The notes under the pieces were generated by a model. That model was not told where the DNA came from, searched no databases, and saw nothing but the letters and a program-made list of their open reading frames with translations. A stretch of 64,000 nt of DNA. Source: Camelus dromedarius (lineage: Eukaryota). Below are positions 1 through 13,427 of this stretch, in pieces. Every line of letters starts with the position of its first letter. Position 1 is the stretch's first letter. Made by a program: the position numbers and the translations under genes. The stretch lies in NCBI RefSeq assembly GCF_036321535.1, contig NC_087437.1:101496001-101560000 (forward strand). Reading direction: 5' to 3'.

Positions 1-2082
1 CAAATTCATAAATAAACATCATCAGTGCTATTTCACCTTGTTACAACCTGGCAAATAGGCAACTGAGTGTTTTCTTTGTAAACTACGTTTGCAATAAATC
101 ATTCATTAGCCAGGATGCTTTCACATTCAATACTGGCCAAGATCACTAAGATAGTTGAACTAATGCAAAATTAATGAAATATGTACAATTTAAGCAGTGA
201 ATTAGGTAGCTATTGATTATTAAGGCATTAATTTATGAGCTTAAATTAAATAGCTCTACAGACAGCATATAACCTCTGTAAGTACTCATACACTTAACCT
301 TACGGTTAATAAAATAAATCAGAGATTATCAAGTTAAAGAATTGTATTTCTCTCAGAGTAAATCGATTACCAAAGAATTGCATGAGGATTGCTTTTTTTT
401 TTTTTTCAATTATCAAAAGAGAAGAAGACTCACTGGTTAATATATGTGAAAGTGTATATTTAATATCATAAACTAAAATATAAGAATCTAATCCTCTGTT
501 GTAAATTCATTTCTAGATACAGGCTATTCCATTTCAAACTGTTTTCTTCATTTTAAACGATTACATTTATATCACTTAGAATTTAAAAGTTTAGGATGGA
601 ATTAAAACATACTTCAATAGCTAAAGGAAAAATAAGATTACTGTGCTCTTTTTCATTTTATTTAATGATATATTTGCTCATTTCTACTTTATATAATCAG
701 TGCATGTTTTTCATTTTTTGTTATAATCTGCAGAGAGCAACATATAGCTTTGATTTCTAAAAATTATATTAAATCTGGATATAAGCTTTCATGCTTGCTA
801 TAAACACGGCTTAACTTGTATGCATTTGCTGTGTAGTATTAAAAGATGTTAAAAGACAAGTTTATTTGTGGGTCATCTTGTCTGTCTTTTCAATTACAAG
901 TATTCCTGAGCATGGCTTTTCACGTAACCATGTATTTAAGAGAATTTGAATTGCCTCAGTTGTGCCATGTGTAGTTACAAGTTGTTTTTTTTTAAATTAC
1001 AGTTATATTATAATAGAGTAATTGTATAATATCAAAAGCTACAAAATATAATATGGTTGATATGTGCATATAATTTTTAAGTGGTATTTTTGCTGTGGAA
1101 ATTACTTGTCCTAGCCAAGAAATACTCAAGTTCTGCATTTTAGTTGAGAATATTGCCTGTATGTGCTTAAAAAAATAAAATAAAACCAACCAAACAAAAC
1201 ATTTGCTACCATCACAAAGGAGACAATCATTTTCTACTTGAGCTAAGATACCAGGGAACTTTTTGACATGAAAGAGTAATACCTAAATAAGCTTCCAGTT
1301 ATTAAGAGACCGACAGGGACAATGCTTTATTGACTTCAATCTATTTAAAGTGATCCCTGCATTTATCCTAAGTGAAATGAAAAATAAATCTTCATTTGAA
1401 AGCAATGATAGATCAAAAAAAAATTAAATGCTCCAAATTGATATACTATCTCTAAATATATATTTTATTTTCATTTGGGACCATTTCACTCCAGGAATTT
1501 CTGCAATGTTCTTTACTAGAGGTTTTTTTATTGCCAAAACTTCATATCCAATAGAAGTCATCCTCCTGCTTCTCATTTTCCTCTAACTCATTGATCACCA
1601 AACTTGATGAAAAATCCCTTTTATTTAAGCTAATGTTACAGATCTATATCACTTTCCAGTTTTTATTTTCTTCATTTCTGTTTTCAGATCAAATTCTCAC
1701 AATACCAACAATTTTTGAATCTGTTCTATATCAGCTTGTCCATCCTAGCACCAATGATGAACTTTAGAGATCCGTATGCTTATTCTGTCTTTCCTCAGTA
1801 TCTCACAAGACTTCAAATATTCTATTTAATATATATTTATTGAATGTCTAGTTTTACTCTATTGCTATGCAAAACATAAAAAGGGTAGAGTTGAATCAAA
1901 TAGAACTCAGGCCCTCTTCATTAGGAACATAGGCAAAGAAATGAAGTAAAGTGCTGTGTATCAGAGGCAGACGCAAGTACAGCTACACCTGTGAGTCCAC
2001 GTGGAAAAGGCCTTTAAACAAGAGAGTTTAGGCCAGTTACTTTTAATATCATTATTAATATGGTAACGTTTATATTTTAACA

Positions 2083-2319
2083 CTTTTTTTTTTCTATTGA
2101 AGTATAGTCAGTTTACAATGTTGTATCAGTTTCTGGTGTACAGCATAATGTTTCAGCCATGCATATACATACATGTGTTCATTTTCATATTCTTTTTCAT
2201 TATAGGTTACTGCAGGATATTGAATGTAGTTCCAGGTGCTACACAGTATAAACTTTTTTTCATTATAGTAGTTAGTATCTGCAAATCTCAAACTCCCAAT
2301 TTATCCCTTCCCATATCCC
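2083..2319 (-). mobile_element. L1 3' UTR fragment (camelid/artiodactyl type) nested in an older L1
   Basis: Poly(T) followed by ATTGAAGTATAGTCAGTTTACAATG, the reverse complement of the L1 3' end seen at 22620-22940 and 53080-53390. Degenerate flanking repeat TAATATGGT (2056) / TGATATGGT (2320). Confidence 0.85.
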
Positions 2320-4226
2320 TGATATGGTTAAATATAAATTGGTCATCTTGATATTTGTCTTCTATTTGTCCCAACCATTCTTCATTCTCTTTTCCCTGTT
2401 TCTGCCTCCTTTTGGATTCACTGGCTATTTTATATTATTTCATTTCATGTCCTCTGTTGGCTATTTAACTAGAGCACTTTTTAATTTGACAGTTGCTTCA
2501 GTGTTTATAGTAAACATCTTTAATCTATCACCTTCTACTTTTGAGTAACATAAAAACCATACAACAGTTCTCCCTCCCCAGTACTGATGCTATTGGTGAT
2601 TCCTGACTTTCTACTTTATAAAACTCACAATTCACTTTTGTTATTTTTGCCTTAAATTGTCAGTGGTCTGTCCTGTATTTACCCAAGTAAATGTGATTTC
2701 CAGTGCTCTTTGTTCCTTTGTCTAGTTCCAGATTTCAAACTGGAATCATTCTCTTTCTACCTTTAACACTTCTCCATGGATTTGGGTCATAAATTCATTG
2801 TTCTATTTTATGCTTCAAAAAGACATTATTTTGCTTTCAATAGTGAAGATATTCTAATTGGGTATGCAATTCAGAGGTGACTGATCTTTTTCCGAGGTAC
2901 TTATAAAACATTGCCCAACTATTTTCCAGCCTGTATTGTGCCAATGAGGAATCAACTATTACTCTGACCTCTATTCCTGATAAATAATGTGGTTTTTTGT
3001 TTCTCTGTTTATCTTGGTTCTTAGCAATTAGTTTATGTGTAGTATATCACATGTTTTTTGCATTTAAGGTTCATTGAAATTTTGATATATGTGATTTTAT
3101 AATATTCATAAAATCTCAAAATTTGGCCATTATCTATTGAATTCTTTTGCCCCCTTCTTTTCTATCTTTCACAGAGTCCAATTATTTGTGGATTACACCA
3201 CTTCAAGTTGCCCCACAGTTCACCATTGCTGGGTTCATTTTCTTTTTCATAATTTCTATTAATATTTCTTCAAGTTTTTTTATCTTTTAATACGCAGTTT
3301 GTAATATCTCATCTAGTCTATTTTTCACTTCAGGCCTTGCAATTCCCATCTCTAGAATTTTAATTTGAATCTTTTTTGTACCTCTAGCATGTCTACTTAC
3401 TAAGTACAATCTTTTATCTGCTTGAATGTATAGTACACAATTACGATAACAGATAAGATTCTTATCCATTTTTTTTAACATCAGTAATATTTTTTAGTTT
3501 GTTTCAACTGACTAGTTTTCTCCTCACTGTGTGTCGTATTTTTCCTCCCCTTGTATGCCCAGCAATTTTTGATTGAATGCCAGATACCTATTTTTATTGT
3601 GTTAAGTGGTGGATATTTTTATTCTGAGAAATATTCTTGAGCTATATTCTAGGTGATGTTAAGTTTCTTGGGAGCATTCTGATCCCTTTGAGGATAGCTA
3701 GCTTCTGAGTACTCATGCCCCATGAATTATGTGATTTTCCACTCGGTGTGAGTCCTTGGCACTATTCTAATTTTTTCAGGTGATTCCTTCTCTGGACTTA
3801 AGCAATTTCCTCCCTTGCATTCCCAAATCATCACTCAGCTGAAAACATTTTTAGGGGGCCCTCTGCAGACCTCTAAGGCTGTCCCTTGACTTCACTGTCC
3901 CCTCTCCAGTATTCTACACTGTAAATCCAAGCTTCCTTATTCCTTCCAACATCTCATCTCTGGTTCCTAAATTCAGGGAGACTGCCAGCCTCCACAGGAA
4001 TTACTTTCCTGGAACTGTGGCCTAGAAACTCTTTTCAGACATTAAGTTGGGCTAATTGCAGGACTCACTTCATTTGTTTCTTTTCTCTTAAGGACCATTA
4101 AACATTATTGCCTGATGTCCAATGTCTTGAAAATCATTATTTTGTATATTTTGTCTAGTTTTATATTTGAGTTAAGTGGAAGAATATATCCAATTCTTAT
4201 TACCCCATCTTGGCCTAGAAAGGAAG
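2320..4226 (-). mobile_element. Ancient L1 5' end / ORF1 region (L1MD/L1ME class)
   Basis: T-rich antisense L1 texture. Ends in CCCCATCTTGGCCTAGAAAGGAAG, whose reverse complement is the CTTCC..GGCCAAGATGG start of old L1 5' ends. Subfamily from recall. Confidence 0.7.
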
Positions 4227-6914
4227 CACAACTTTTATTTTTAAATATTTCTTCTGAAAGCTTGTCTTTTATAGACATATGCTATACAGGCAACAGTCAA
4301 TCCAATGATATTTTAATTCCCAGAAAGTAAATTAGAATAGTGCGCTTTAGAAGCTAAAATACATGGTTTCAATTACGTCTTGAAACAAAGTACTTTTGTT
4401 TTAAAATTGCTGAGTTCTTTATTAAATGATTCAGGTTTTCATAAAGTTGCAGTTATAACTAACATTACTAATAAGATTATGATCTTCCTGTGTATTACAA
4501 CCTATAATCCCTGCTGGGTGATAGAACTCTAGGCTTCCTGTGAAATATTTTTAGTTTAATATTCTAAATTGCTACATATTAACCCCCAGCTCATGCAGCC
4601 TCATTGTTCCTTGTTCCTAGCAAGCATATATCTAAGTTACAATATTCAAGAAACTTTCCTTACCCCAGAGAATGGTCAAGAAGTTGGATCTTAGGTCTGT
4701 TAAAATAATGGCCACTTTCAGAAGATGTTATCATCAGCTTTCCATGCCCATAAGAACTTGGTTAACCCAGGAGATGACAGCTCCTCCTAGTGGAAGTATG
4801 TTGTTCTGTCTCTTGCTTTGTGCAGCCATATCTGTGCAGATAAGTTTCTATATATATTTCCAGTAAAAAGCAATCTATTTTTAGTGTCTATACTTTCTAT
4901 CCATTACCATATTTGATGACATGCCTTTCATAATTATTATTCCTGATATAAAATTTGTAGAGAAAATAAAAGATACCACTTTTTAGTCCTAATAGTTTAA
5001 AAGTGTAATGTAAATGCAATGTAAAAGTTAAAAGAAACAATCTTCTTCCAGAACTGGCCTAAAATTGTGAAAGGGACAATTTCATATAGAAGACATTGAC
5101 AAGAGTGCTTTAAAAAAGCAAGTAGTCTACATGCATCAAATTTGGGGGAGTTTGAGATAAGTAAAGTGCAAATAAGCCTCAATAAAATAAAAGCAGTAAG
5201 TGGGAAGCCCACAGTTTTCCTTACTTTAAGTAAGACGCTAGCATAAATATAGTAATACCCACTGTTTTGATGAGCTACAACCTGTAAATGAGTTTACATT
5301 TTAGAATAGGGAATAAAGTTCATAGCTTAAAGACTCCAATCAATGCTGAGGAAGAAAACACAGAAGCAACTATGATAAGAAATCTGATGATAATATTAAG
5401 GATAGCTAACACTTATATGGACTAACCATATTTCAGGAACTGTTCAAATTTTTTTAATGCATATAATCACATTTGATTCTCACTCATTGTGTAATCAGTA
5501 ACGCTAATTATGAAAAGTATAAGATGTGAACAGCATGCAATCAGACTGGAAAAATAAGTAATATTGAAGAATCACTGATGGACATTGAAAAATAAAATAC
5601 AACATTTATAATGTGTATTGGCTTCTCTTCACTGTGGATTCACTGTGGCTATTGCTGTCAGAGCTGCAAAGGACTCAAGCACTGAAGATAATTCTACTGC
5701 CTTTGAGTCCTAAGATGTAAGTAAAAAAGATCTTTTAACTTTTGGCAACTTCAGTGCTTGCTTTATTATAAAACCTCAAAGGCTCATAAAATAAGAAACA
5801 GAAGTGTACTTTGACTTTGTAGTTGACAAGTCCCTGGATGAGAAAATACATGTGTCCTCCGCTTGAGATTGTCTGGTATATATGCTTCATGGCAAAGTCA
5901 ATCCCTGCCCCATTAATCTTCAGCATTGAGCATCACCCGTCAGCAAATTTTATCTCAGTGCCAAAAAGATGTCCTAAAATGGAGAACAGATCATCTCTTT
6001 TTCCTTTTTCCACTATATAACAATCCTGACTTTGTTTTTATGCTCTCCCGTTTTCTTATACCCTAATAGAGTAAGAAAGAAGAAAGAGCCAGAAAGAGAG
6101 AGCCAAGTAATGTTTCTTCTCCTGGAGTGGGGGGCTGGGGAGTGGGGGGTTCCTATGCCTGTGTGTATTACTTGTTAACTCTGAATATAGAAGTTAATCC
6201 TTGCATCTGATCTTTCTAAACACTATAAAGCATTTCTAATGTCACTTAATTTTAATGAGACATTTACTTGAAGATAATTAATCTAATTCCAAATGCAACT
6301 TAAACCTGAAAATACCTTGAAAAAATCAAATACACTCCTCCATCCAGTTGTTTTAGGAGAGTAATAACCATACCTGCTATAAAGAGTAGAAGAGTCAGTC
6401 AGGATATAGTCAGTTAATATACATGTATTCAGAGTTCATTTTGTGATAGTCCTCAGTTATGTGCGTTGGCAATATACCAATGAACAAAAAAGATTAAGTT
6501 CTGCCTTAAGGAGTCAACATTTTCATAAACTGAGATAAAATATATATTAAACCCATGCTGTATTGTTTCCCTGATTTGTGGCAAAGAATGAAAATTTAGT
6601 AATTAACAATCACACTGCAAAAGTAAAGCAAATAATTTTTAGTTGTTACTGCTTCACATAATGAGTCTTAATTTTAAATCACTTAAATTTAGGACAAAAT
6701 GATTTGTTCACATTTTAAGAACAATTGGAAGTTTAGAAGTGGCAATTACATGTTTGACAGCATTATACACTGCAGAATTCATTTCAATTAATGGTAGCAT
6801 CAAATGAAGGTGTAAAGGAACAACAAACCACACAGTAGCAATTATTTTTCACATTAATGGAAACAAAAATGTGTAGTAATATAATTAGAATCTTCAGCAG
6901 TGACTCATTCTTTC

Positions 6915-7222
6915 TTTAAAAATCTTTATTAAGATATAATTCATGTACAATAAAGTTCACTCGTTTGCAGTGTACACTTGAATGATTATTAGTCTATTCA
7001 GAGTTGTGCAACTATCACTACACTCTAATTCTCGAACATTTTTGCCTTCCTGAAAAGAAACACATACTCGTTAGCAGTCAGTTCTTAGCCCCTCCATTTT
7101 CATTTCCCTACCATGTAGGCAAACTATTAATTTATCTCTGCCTTGGTGGATTTGCCTAATCTGGACATTTCATCTGAATGGAGTCTCGCAATATGTTATC
7201 TTGTGACTATTTCCTTTTACTT
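6915..7222 (-). mobile_element. L1MB-class 3' end fragment
   Basis: TTTATTAAGATATAATTCATGTACAATAAAGTTCAC..TTCAGAGTTGTGCAACTATCAC..GATTTGCCTAATCTGGACATTTCAT, typical of an antisense L1MB 3' UTR. Confidence 0.75.
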
Positions 7223-7859
7223 CTAAGGAACTCAAGACATACAGGAGGTTCTAAGGTAACTAAAAGTGATGCCATCAGTTAAATTTATATACATATATAT
7301 GTGTGTGTGCGTGTGTGTATCCAATAAACATTCAAACTTCTATAGGTTAAGAGTAAAGATGTGAGATCATGTCTTTTGGGGTGAAATTCAGAAACTGTCT
7401 ACATATCTATAGACACAAGGAATGTGAATATCTTCTTAGAAATTTTATATTCAAGAAAAATACAAAAATTGAGGAAGGACTTGAAATAGTTTGAGATAAT
7501 TATCATAACAGGGTAAATTATCATAATAGGGTGTCATGTGGGTAGAGAAATTAGTCTGGTAGGAATGTTGCAAAGTTCCCAAAATATTTCTATAAAATTT
7601 TATATTGTGAAGGAGTTTAACACTTAGGAAAATTTTCTGAAAATATATTTTGTTTCTTATCTGGAAGACAGTGAAAATGACAGAGCATTTCTTAACTTTC
7701 AGCTGCTTGCAGAGTCTTTCTAAAATGTGAGTAAATAGCATATATAAAAGCTATAAATTAATTACCTTATTTCATTTGATAGCCACCATTATCAATTTTA
7801 GAAGTATTTGTTAATAAGTAAAGGAAATTTTGAGTTAAACATGGGAGTTTGAAAATGTG

Positions 7860-8850
7860 TTTTTTTTAATCCTCTCTCAAAAAATAAATGTAAAAAATTA
7901 AAAAGTCACCTAAAAGGACAAAGGAATGAGAATGAAGATGATAACAGTCTTACAACTGCTCATTTAGATAACAGAAAGAGGGCAATTTCCTGGTATTTCA
8001 ATTAGCAGAGTTAAGAAAGGAAAAACTTAATTTCTTGAGTGAGAGAAGCCAACAAGAGGCAGGTAGGTTGTCACCTGAGAACTTAGAGACTCACGATGGG
8101 AGAGGCACCAGGCAGGGATGCTGGGGACAAGTGGAACAAATGGGTCCAAAGCATCAAAGTGGAAGAAGTGATTGAAAGTATGAGTAAAGAGGAGTTAGAT
8201 TCTCCTCTCCCCCATTTAGCTACATTGTGATACATTTCCTACACTGGGAGAAGATTAAAGATCTATTTCTGAAAGATAGAATCCCAGAAGCTATGAAATT
8301 GGAAACAGTGCAGGGCAGAGGTTAGGCATTATTCTTACTTATGGATGAAAGTTTGTACTTTAATGGGTAAAACATATTCCATCTCACTTAGGATCCCAGG
8401 AGCTGGCATTCATGTTTATAAATCCAAAGGAAGAGTTTGGAAGTGGCTGACCTAAGAGAAAAGATCTGTAGATACAGGTATCTGAGACTCTCCACCAAAA
8501 GACTTGAGTACCTGCCCAATCACCAAACAGCAAAGCTCACAAGTAAGCAGCCCCCACATGTCCAATCAGTTTTTAGTGACTTATTCCTAAATATAAGCAG
8601 AAAACCAAGAATTATCACACTTTTCAGGAAAACCTCAATCATGAAAAGCAGTGGTTAAAACAAATAAAATGGAAAAAAAAATCAGGAAAAAAAGAAAATA
8701 TTTGGAGCCAAAGAAAGTCCAAAGAAATAAAAGCACCCTAATATATTTAAATAGAAAATGCAATATATCATTGAAATAAACATGGAAGTCTATAAATAAA
8801 AGAATAATCTTCAGAAATCAACCAGCACTAGAAAAAAAAAATTTTTAATG
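7860..8850 (+). mobile_element. Ancient HAL1/L1ME-like 5' region
   Basis: A-rich. TATAAGCAGAAAACCAAGAATTATCACACTTTTCAGGAAAACC resembles the HAL1/L1ME pre-ORF1 motif (recall). Confidence 0.5.
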
Positions 8851-8945
8851 GCTTTTTTTAATTAATGATTAAAAAGCCTTGGAGATTTGAATCCACCTGC
8901 TCCCCAACCTGGAGTTCTCAGCATATTGAAAAATTGATAGAATAG

Positions 8946-9039
8946 GGAATAAAGATAGAGCTCAGTGGTAGACCATGTGCTTAGCATGTGCGAAGTCCTG
9001 AGCTCAATCCTCAGTACCTCCACTGAAAAAAAGGAAATG
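8946..9039 (+). mobile_element. tRNA-derived camelid SINE (Vic-1/ALPINE-like)
   Basis: A-box-like AGCTCAGTGGTAGA, B-box-like GAGCTCAATCC, then CAGTACCTCCA and an A-rich tail. Flanked by the 15-bp TSD GAAAAATTGATAGAA at 8928-8942 and 9040-9054. Confidence 0.9.
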
Positions 9040-10190
9040 GAAAAATTGATAGAAAAGAGTAACATAGATAGGGAAAAAAATTATTATCTTTATTACTGAT
9101 AATGCTGATATTGAAGAATGTGACATATGGGTGGGCAAGTAAATTTCTTAAGCAAAATGCCAGACTGAGACAGAATTACCCACTTCACCCCTGGTAGCAT
9201 TGGAAAAGCTAGGCTTAGCTGCTGGAGGAAGGCTGAACCTTATTTAGAAACATTTCTGCTATGAAGGAACAAAACATAGCAAATCTATCCTCCCTTAGGG
9301 AAACTCACTGACAAGACAAAGAGGGGAAAGGGACGGGTAAGCCAGGCCCCATTTATCCTTCCAAATCAGATTAAATGACCCTTGCTGTCTTGGACAAAAG
9401 GATGTAGTAGGGCATAAAGTAACGGAATAAGATGCTAGCGGGTATCTCTACATGGAAGCAAATCTCCAACCAACCAATTATTTATGTATCCATCTGGGAT
9501 CACAGGTAGACTGTGCATCTTTTGGCAGCAGATGGCTCTGACATTCAGCAGGGCGCTATATCCATTGCATTAATATTAAGCTGAAAGTTTACACCACGTT
9601 GCATGTTCTACTACAAATTATATCCAGACACACTGACGAAGATGTGAATTAAGACACTGTGCAGAAAGATCAAATGACATCATAAAGGCACTGCAGTAAT
9701 AAACTACTATCAACACAGAGATGTCACAAATTTTAATATAAGCCTCCTCTCATTATAAATGTTTATAGAAATGTTAAATCCAAAGATTAAACTTTCTGGC
9801 AGGTTAGTTTCCAAGGTTACTTTTTAAAACCCCAAGGTATCAAAAATCAAAATCTAATTCTTATCCTGATGATTTAAAATAGTGATGAAATTAAAGGCTT
9901 AAAATTTATCCTTCCTTCTCTGTTCAGTCTTAGCTGCCAAGTGATTGATTAATGGGCATGGTTCCTCAAGCAGCTGTGTGGCTTCCACACATTTGGAAGT
10001 GGTTTTTCTAGGTCCTTAGGATTTAAATTATCTCATGTTCCTCATTTTTTAGAATATAAACAGAAAAGGTTATCAAAGCATTTGCTCTACACACTGAAGT
10101 TAGAAAACAAGCCAGTATCTAAAATGTAAAGCAGTTATTCCTCATCACCCTTAAAATAAAGAGAAAATAAATTTATCCCCGAAGTCAGCA

Positions 10191-10381
10191 CAGTTGACCC
10201 TTGAACAACTCAGGGGTTAAGATTCCCGACCCTCTCTACTGTCAAAAACCATCTGTAATTTATAGTTGGCCCTACAAATCCACTGCTTCACATCCTACTG
10301 CAGTATTTACTGTTGAAAAACAAAAGACCCGTATCCGTGGACCTAACACAGTTCAAACTCTTGTTTTCCAAAGGCCACCCG
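10191..10381. mobile_element. TcMar-Tigger MITE (Tigger2a/MER28-like)
   Basis: Left TIR CAGTTGACCCTTGAACAAC, degenerate right TIR GTTTTCCAAAGGCCACCCG followed by TA. Internal GTGGACC..CAGTTCAAAC motif. Confidence 0.8.
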
Positions 10382-12599
10382 TACTTCCAGTTGTGAAAGA
10401 TCAACGCAGAGATTCAATTTTATCCGAGCAAATGCAGTTAAGATATTACTGGTGTTTCGCTCTCCGTGAGACCAGTCTATGCCAGGTGACCAGAGTGCCC
10501 TTAACTGAAACTCAATTTTCCAACAAGAAGTCAAAATTTTCACTGATTACTATTGGTGGGACCAGGGGCAAGTGGCCTAGCTTTCCACACTGTCTTTTCT
10601 CTCAAAGTGGCATTGGCCACGTTGCTGCCTTCTGCAGAATTTCAAAATGTACAGGACAGGCAGCTTCAATAAGAGCTCTTAGTGCAGGAGCTTTTCTTCC
10701 CTGTTCAGCGCGCTCAGAATCCACTCATTTCCTTTCCCTTTTGAGCCTCTGTTTAGGGCCGCCTAGTTACTGCACGGGAAGTCGGCTCTGTCTTCCCACG
10801 GAGCCTCGCCTATCTGTTTTGATCTAGAGCTTTAGGTTCTGGGACACAGTGCCTGCTTTTTGCTGTAAAGCTGATTAGCATCTGTAAAAACTGCTTCTAA
10901 GGAAAAGTTTCTGTCTTTTCTTAACGTTTGTTACAGCTACAGAATGAGCTGCAGAAATGTCTTGGACTGAAGCTGCCACTGATGATTTAAAACCTAACAA
11001 CCTGAGGTGAACCAATCACTTTGCTGTGTGCTCCTCAAGACTGTCTTTATTCAACTTCTACATAAAATAAATATTCCGAGTAAAATATCCAGCTGTCTCT
11101 TTTTTCCAGTAGTGGGATGTTTCTCTTAAAGTTTATTTTTCTCTTTCAGGAAAGTTCAGCTAAATTTATATTATGTTAGCCTATTTCATCATTTGGTCAA
11201 TTGTCTTTAATTATTAAATTTCCAAGTACGAATATTTAAATTCTGAAAAATTGCTATTAAATCTGAATTCCTTAAGTTCCTTTTGTTTCCACTTCTTACA
11301 CTCTCACTATGACTTTCTTTTTTCCTAGAATTTTTCTATACTGATCTCCAGGGCTAACATAGAATTCACTATTCAAACAAATCCTCTTCACCACTGCCTT
11401 CCTGAGTTGGATAATTCAATCCAAGAGAGATTTTCCAATCAATATTCAATACAGGACTGCAGTTTCCCTATTATTCCTTTATGATCCATCCCCCACCCCA
11501 CCACTCACAACAAGCCTCCTGTTTTCCTGAGACTCAAAATTCCACGGATGAGAAATTCTCAAGCTTAGATTTTAAATCCCTCAAATTTCCCTAGCATTGT
11601 ACCCTCAAGGTAGAGGATTTTCCTATGTGTACCCTTCCCCAAAGAACTGCACCGCTTTTGAACTTGCCATTAACTAAATATTTTCCAATTCTTGAACATG
11701 TAGATGAATTTAAAGTTTCTCGATAATGCATTTTTTGGGGAAGGAGCCTCAACCTGAGTGAGACCCTGATATCAGTGACCATAATAAAAACTTTTAGTTC
11801 TTCATATGATGCTTTTGTGATGAATTAAGGTAGGGACATTAAAAAATAAAGGAAATGAGAAAGAAACTTTTAACTTTATGAATTCTAGATTTTTTTTTCC
11901 AGAAAGTAAATATAGTTGCATTTTGCATTGTACAAGAAGTACAGTTGTACAAAATTATTACCTATGAAAATTCAGGTTTAGTATTTTTTACATCTGCTTC
12001 ACTTCAGCCATTCCTACACTTGATGAAACATGATCATATCTTGAGATCTACCTTGTCTCTAAAATCTTAAACTCAGATGTGACACTCTTGATCCACAGGC
12101 TCTTCCATGGTTTTTCATTCCTTTATTCTCACTTTCCATAATTTCTGATTTCATATAGACTCCTGTCTCTGAACCTTTACTTTTTCTCTCAATTAATTAG
12201 TCTTCTCATATCTTTCTATTCTCTTCACACTTGGCCTGTGATCCATTATTTCAACCTCTTTTTAAAAATCCTTTTATGAACAGCAACTCTGATCTCTCAA
12301 CCTTCTCCCACACTACCTTAAAACAACTCCAACCACAAAGAATTCTAACTGCCCAGTGTTTCTACTCCTACCCTAGGCTCCTGAACACTGCTGAAAAGCA
12401 AAACAAAATATAACAAAAGAAAACAAAATCACAAAACTTTGCAGAAATTTGGCAACAAAAATCCGTGTTCTATAGCCATGCATGTCAAAGTTACCCAGCA
12501 TCCCTGTGAAACCCTCAAAATTTTCTCATCCATTTCCTATTATAACTACTTCAATCTTTTCATATTCTGTCACCAATCTGTGTCCAACACTATAAAGAA

Positions 12600-12890
12600 G
12601 ATAGAAAACAAACTGTGGTTACCATAGGGGAAAAGGCGGGGAGGAATAAATTAGAGGTGGGGATTAACAGATACACATTACTATATACAAAATAGATAAA
12701 CAGCAAAGACCTACTGTATAGCACAGGGAACTATATTCAGTTTCTTGTGATAACATATAATAGAAAAGAATCTGAAAAGAAAAAAATGTATGTATGTATG
12801 TGTATGTATAACTCAATCACTTCCTTATACACCTGAAACTAACACTGTAAATCGACTACTCTTCAATAAAATTTTTTTAAAAAGAAGAAG
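12600..12890 (+). mobile_element. L1 3' UTR fragment (artiodactyl type)
   Basis: Homologous to 53125-53390 (GAAAACAAACT..GGTTACC..GACCTACTGTATAGCACAGGGAAC..AACTCAATCAC). AATAAA and decayed A-tail. Confidence 0.88.
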
Positions 12891-13427
12891 AAACAAACTC
12901 AGCCTCTCAACATGTTTCTCTCCACCTACAGGCTCGCTGCATGGATGTCCAGATTTAGCCACTTACGTATTGTCTCAGGGAAAGACAAACCCATTCTCTC
13001 CTTCATCTGCCTCTTGAACTTGCCCACTCACCTGCCTTCTTTCCTACAATTTCTCCCTTTCTGTGACGGAAAAGGAAGTCTCTGAGCCTCTCAAAGACTA
13101 AACCCTTTATTTGTGATTTGCAGCCCTGTATATCTCACCCTCTATAGATTTCATTCTTGCATAATTTTGCAATGTCAGTTTGTCCCTCTCCACTGGTTTT
13201 TTCTCCTAAGAACACAAACCGCATCTATTAGCTCCCATCTTAAAACAACACACCCTCTGTAGCCCAATCTTTCCATGGTTTTTTTTTCTTCTCCACTTCT
13301 CTGCTCCATTGCATTGCCAATTTCTATGCTACCTGTGATAGAGACCCCATAAAATAGTCATTTATAATCCTTGCCTCTGCTCTTCCACCACCTTCTCTTT
13401 GAACTCATTCCAATCTATTATTCCAAC

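Noticed and set aside
4480..4900. Possible old LTR
   Set aside because: Only a vague resemblance; termini and family could not be established.
5735..5975. Minus-strand acceptor (TTCTCCATTTTAG) followed by a 63-aa ORF
   Set aside because: All frames from the acceptor hit stops, there is no good donor, and the peptide is unrecognisable.
7498..7532. 18-bp-period tandem duplication (similar small ones at ~5628 and ~60520-60590)
   Set aside because: Ordinary two-copy slippage duplications with no array or spacer structure.
8946..9039. tRNA-like sequence (also 27730-27835)
   Set aside because: An A-tail, TSDs and degraded stems identify these as SINE copies, not tRNA genes.
10201..10827. 208-aa plus-strand ORF
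   Set aside because: Starts at TTG inside a Tigger MITE TIR and runs into unrelated DNA. No recognisable domain.
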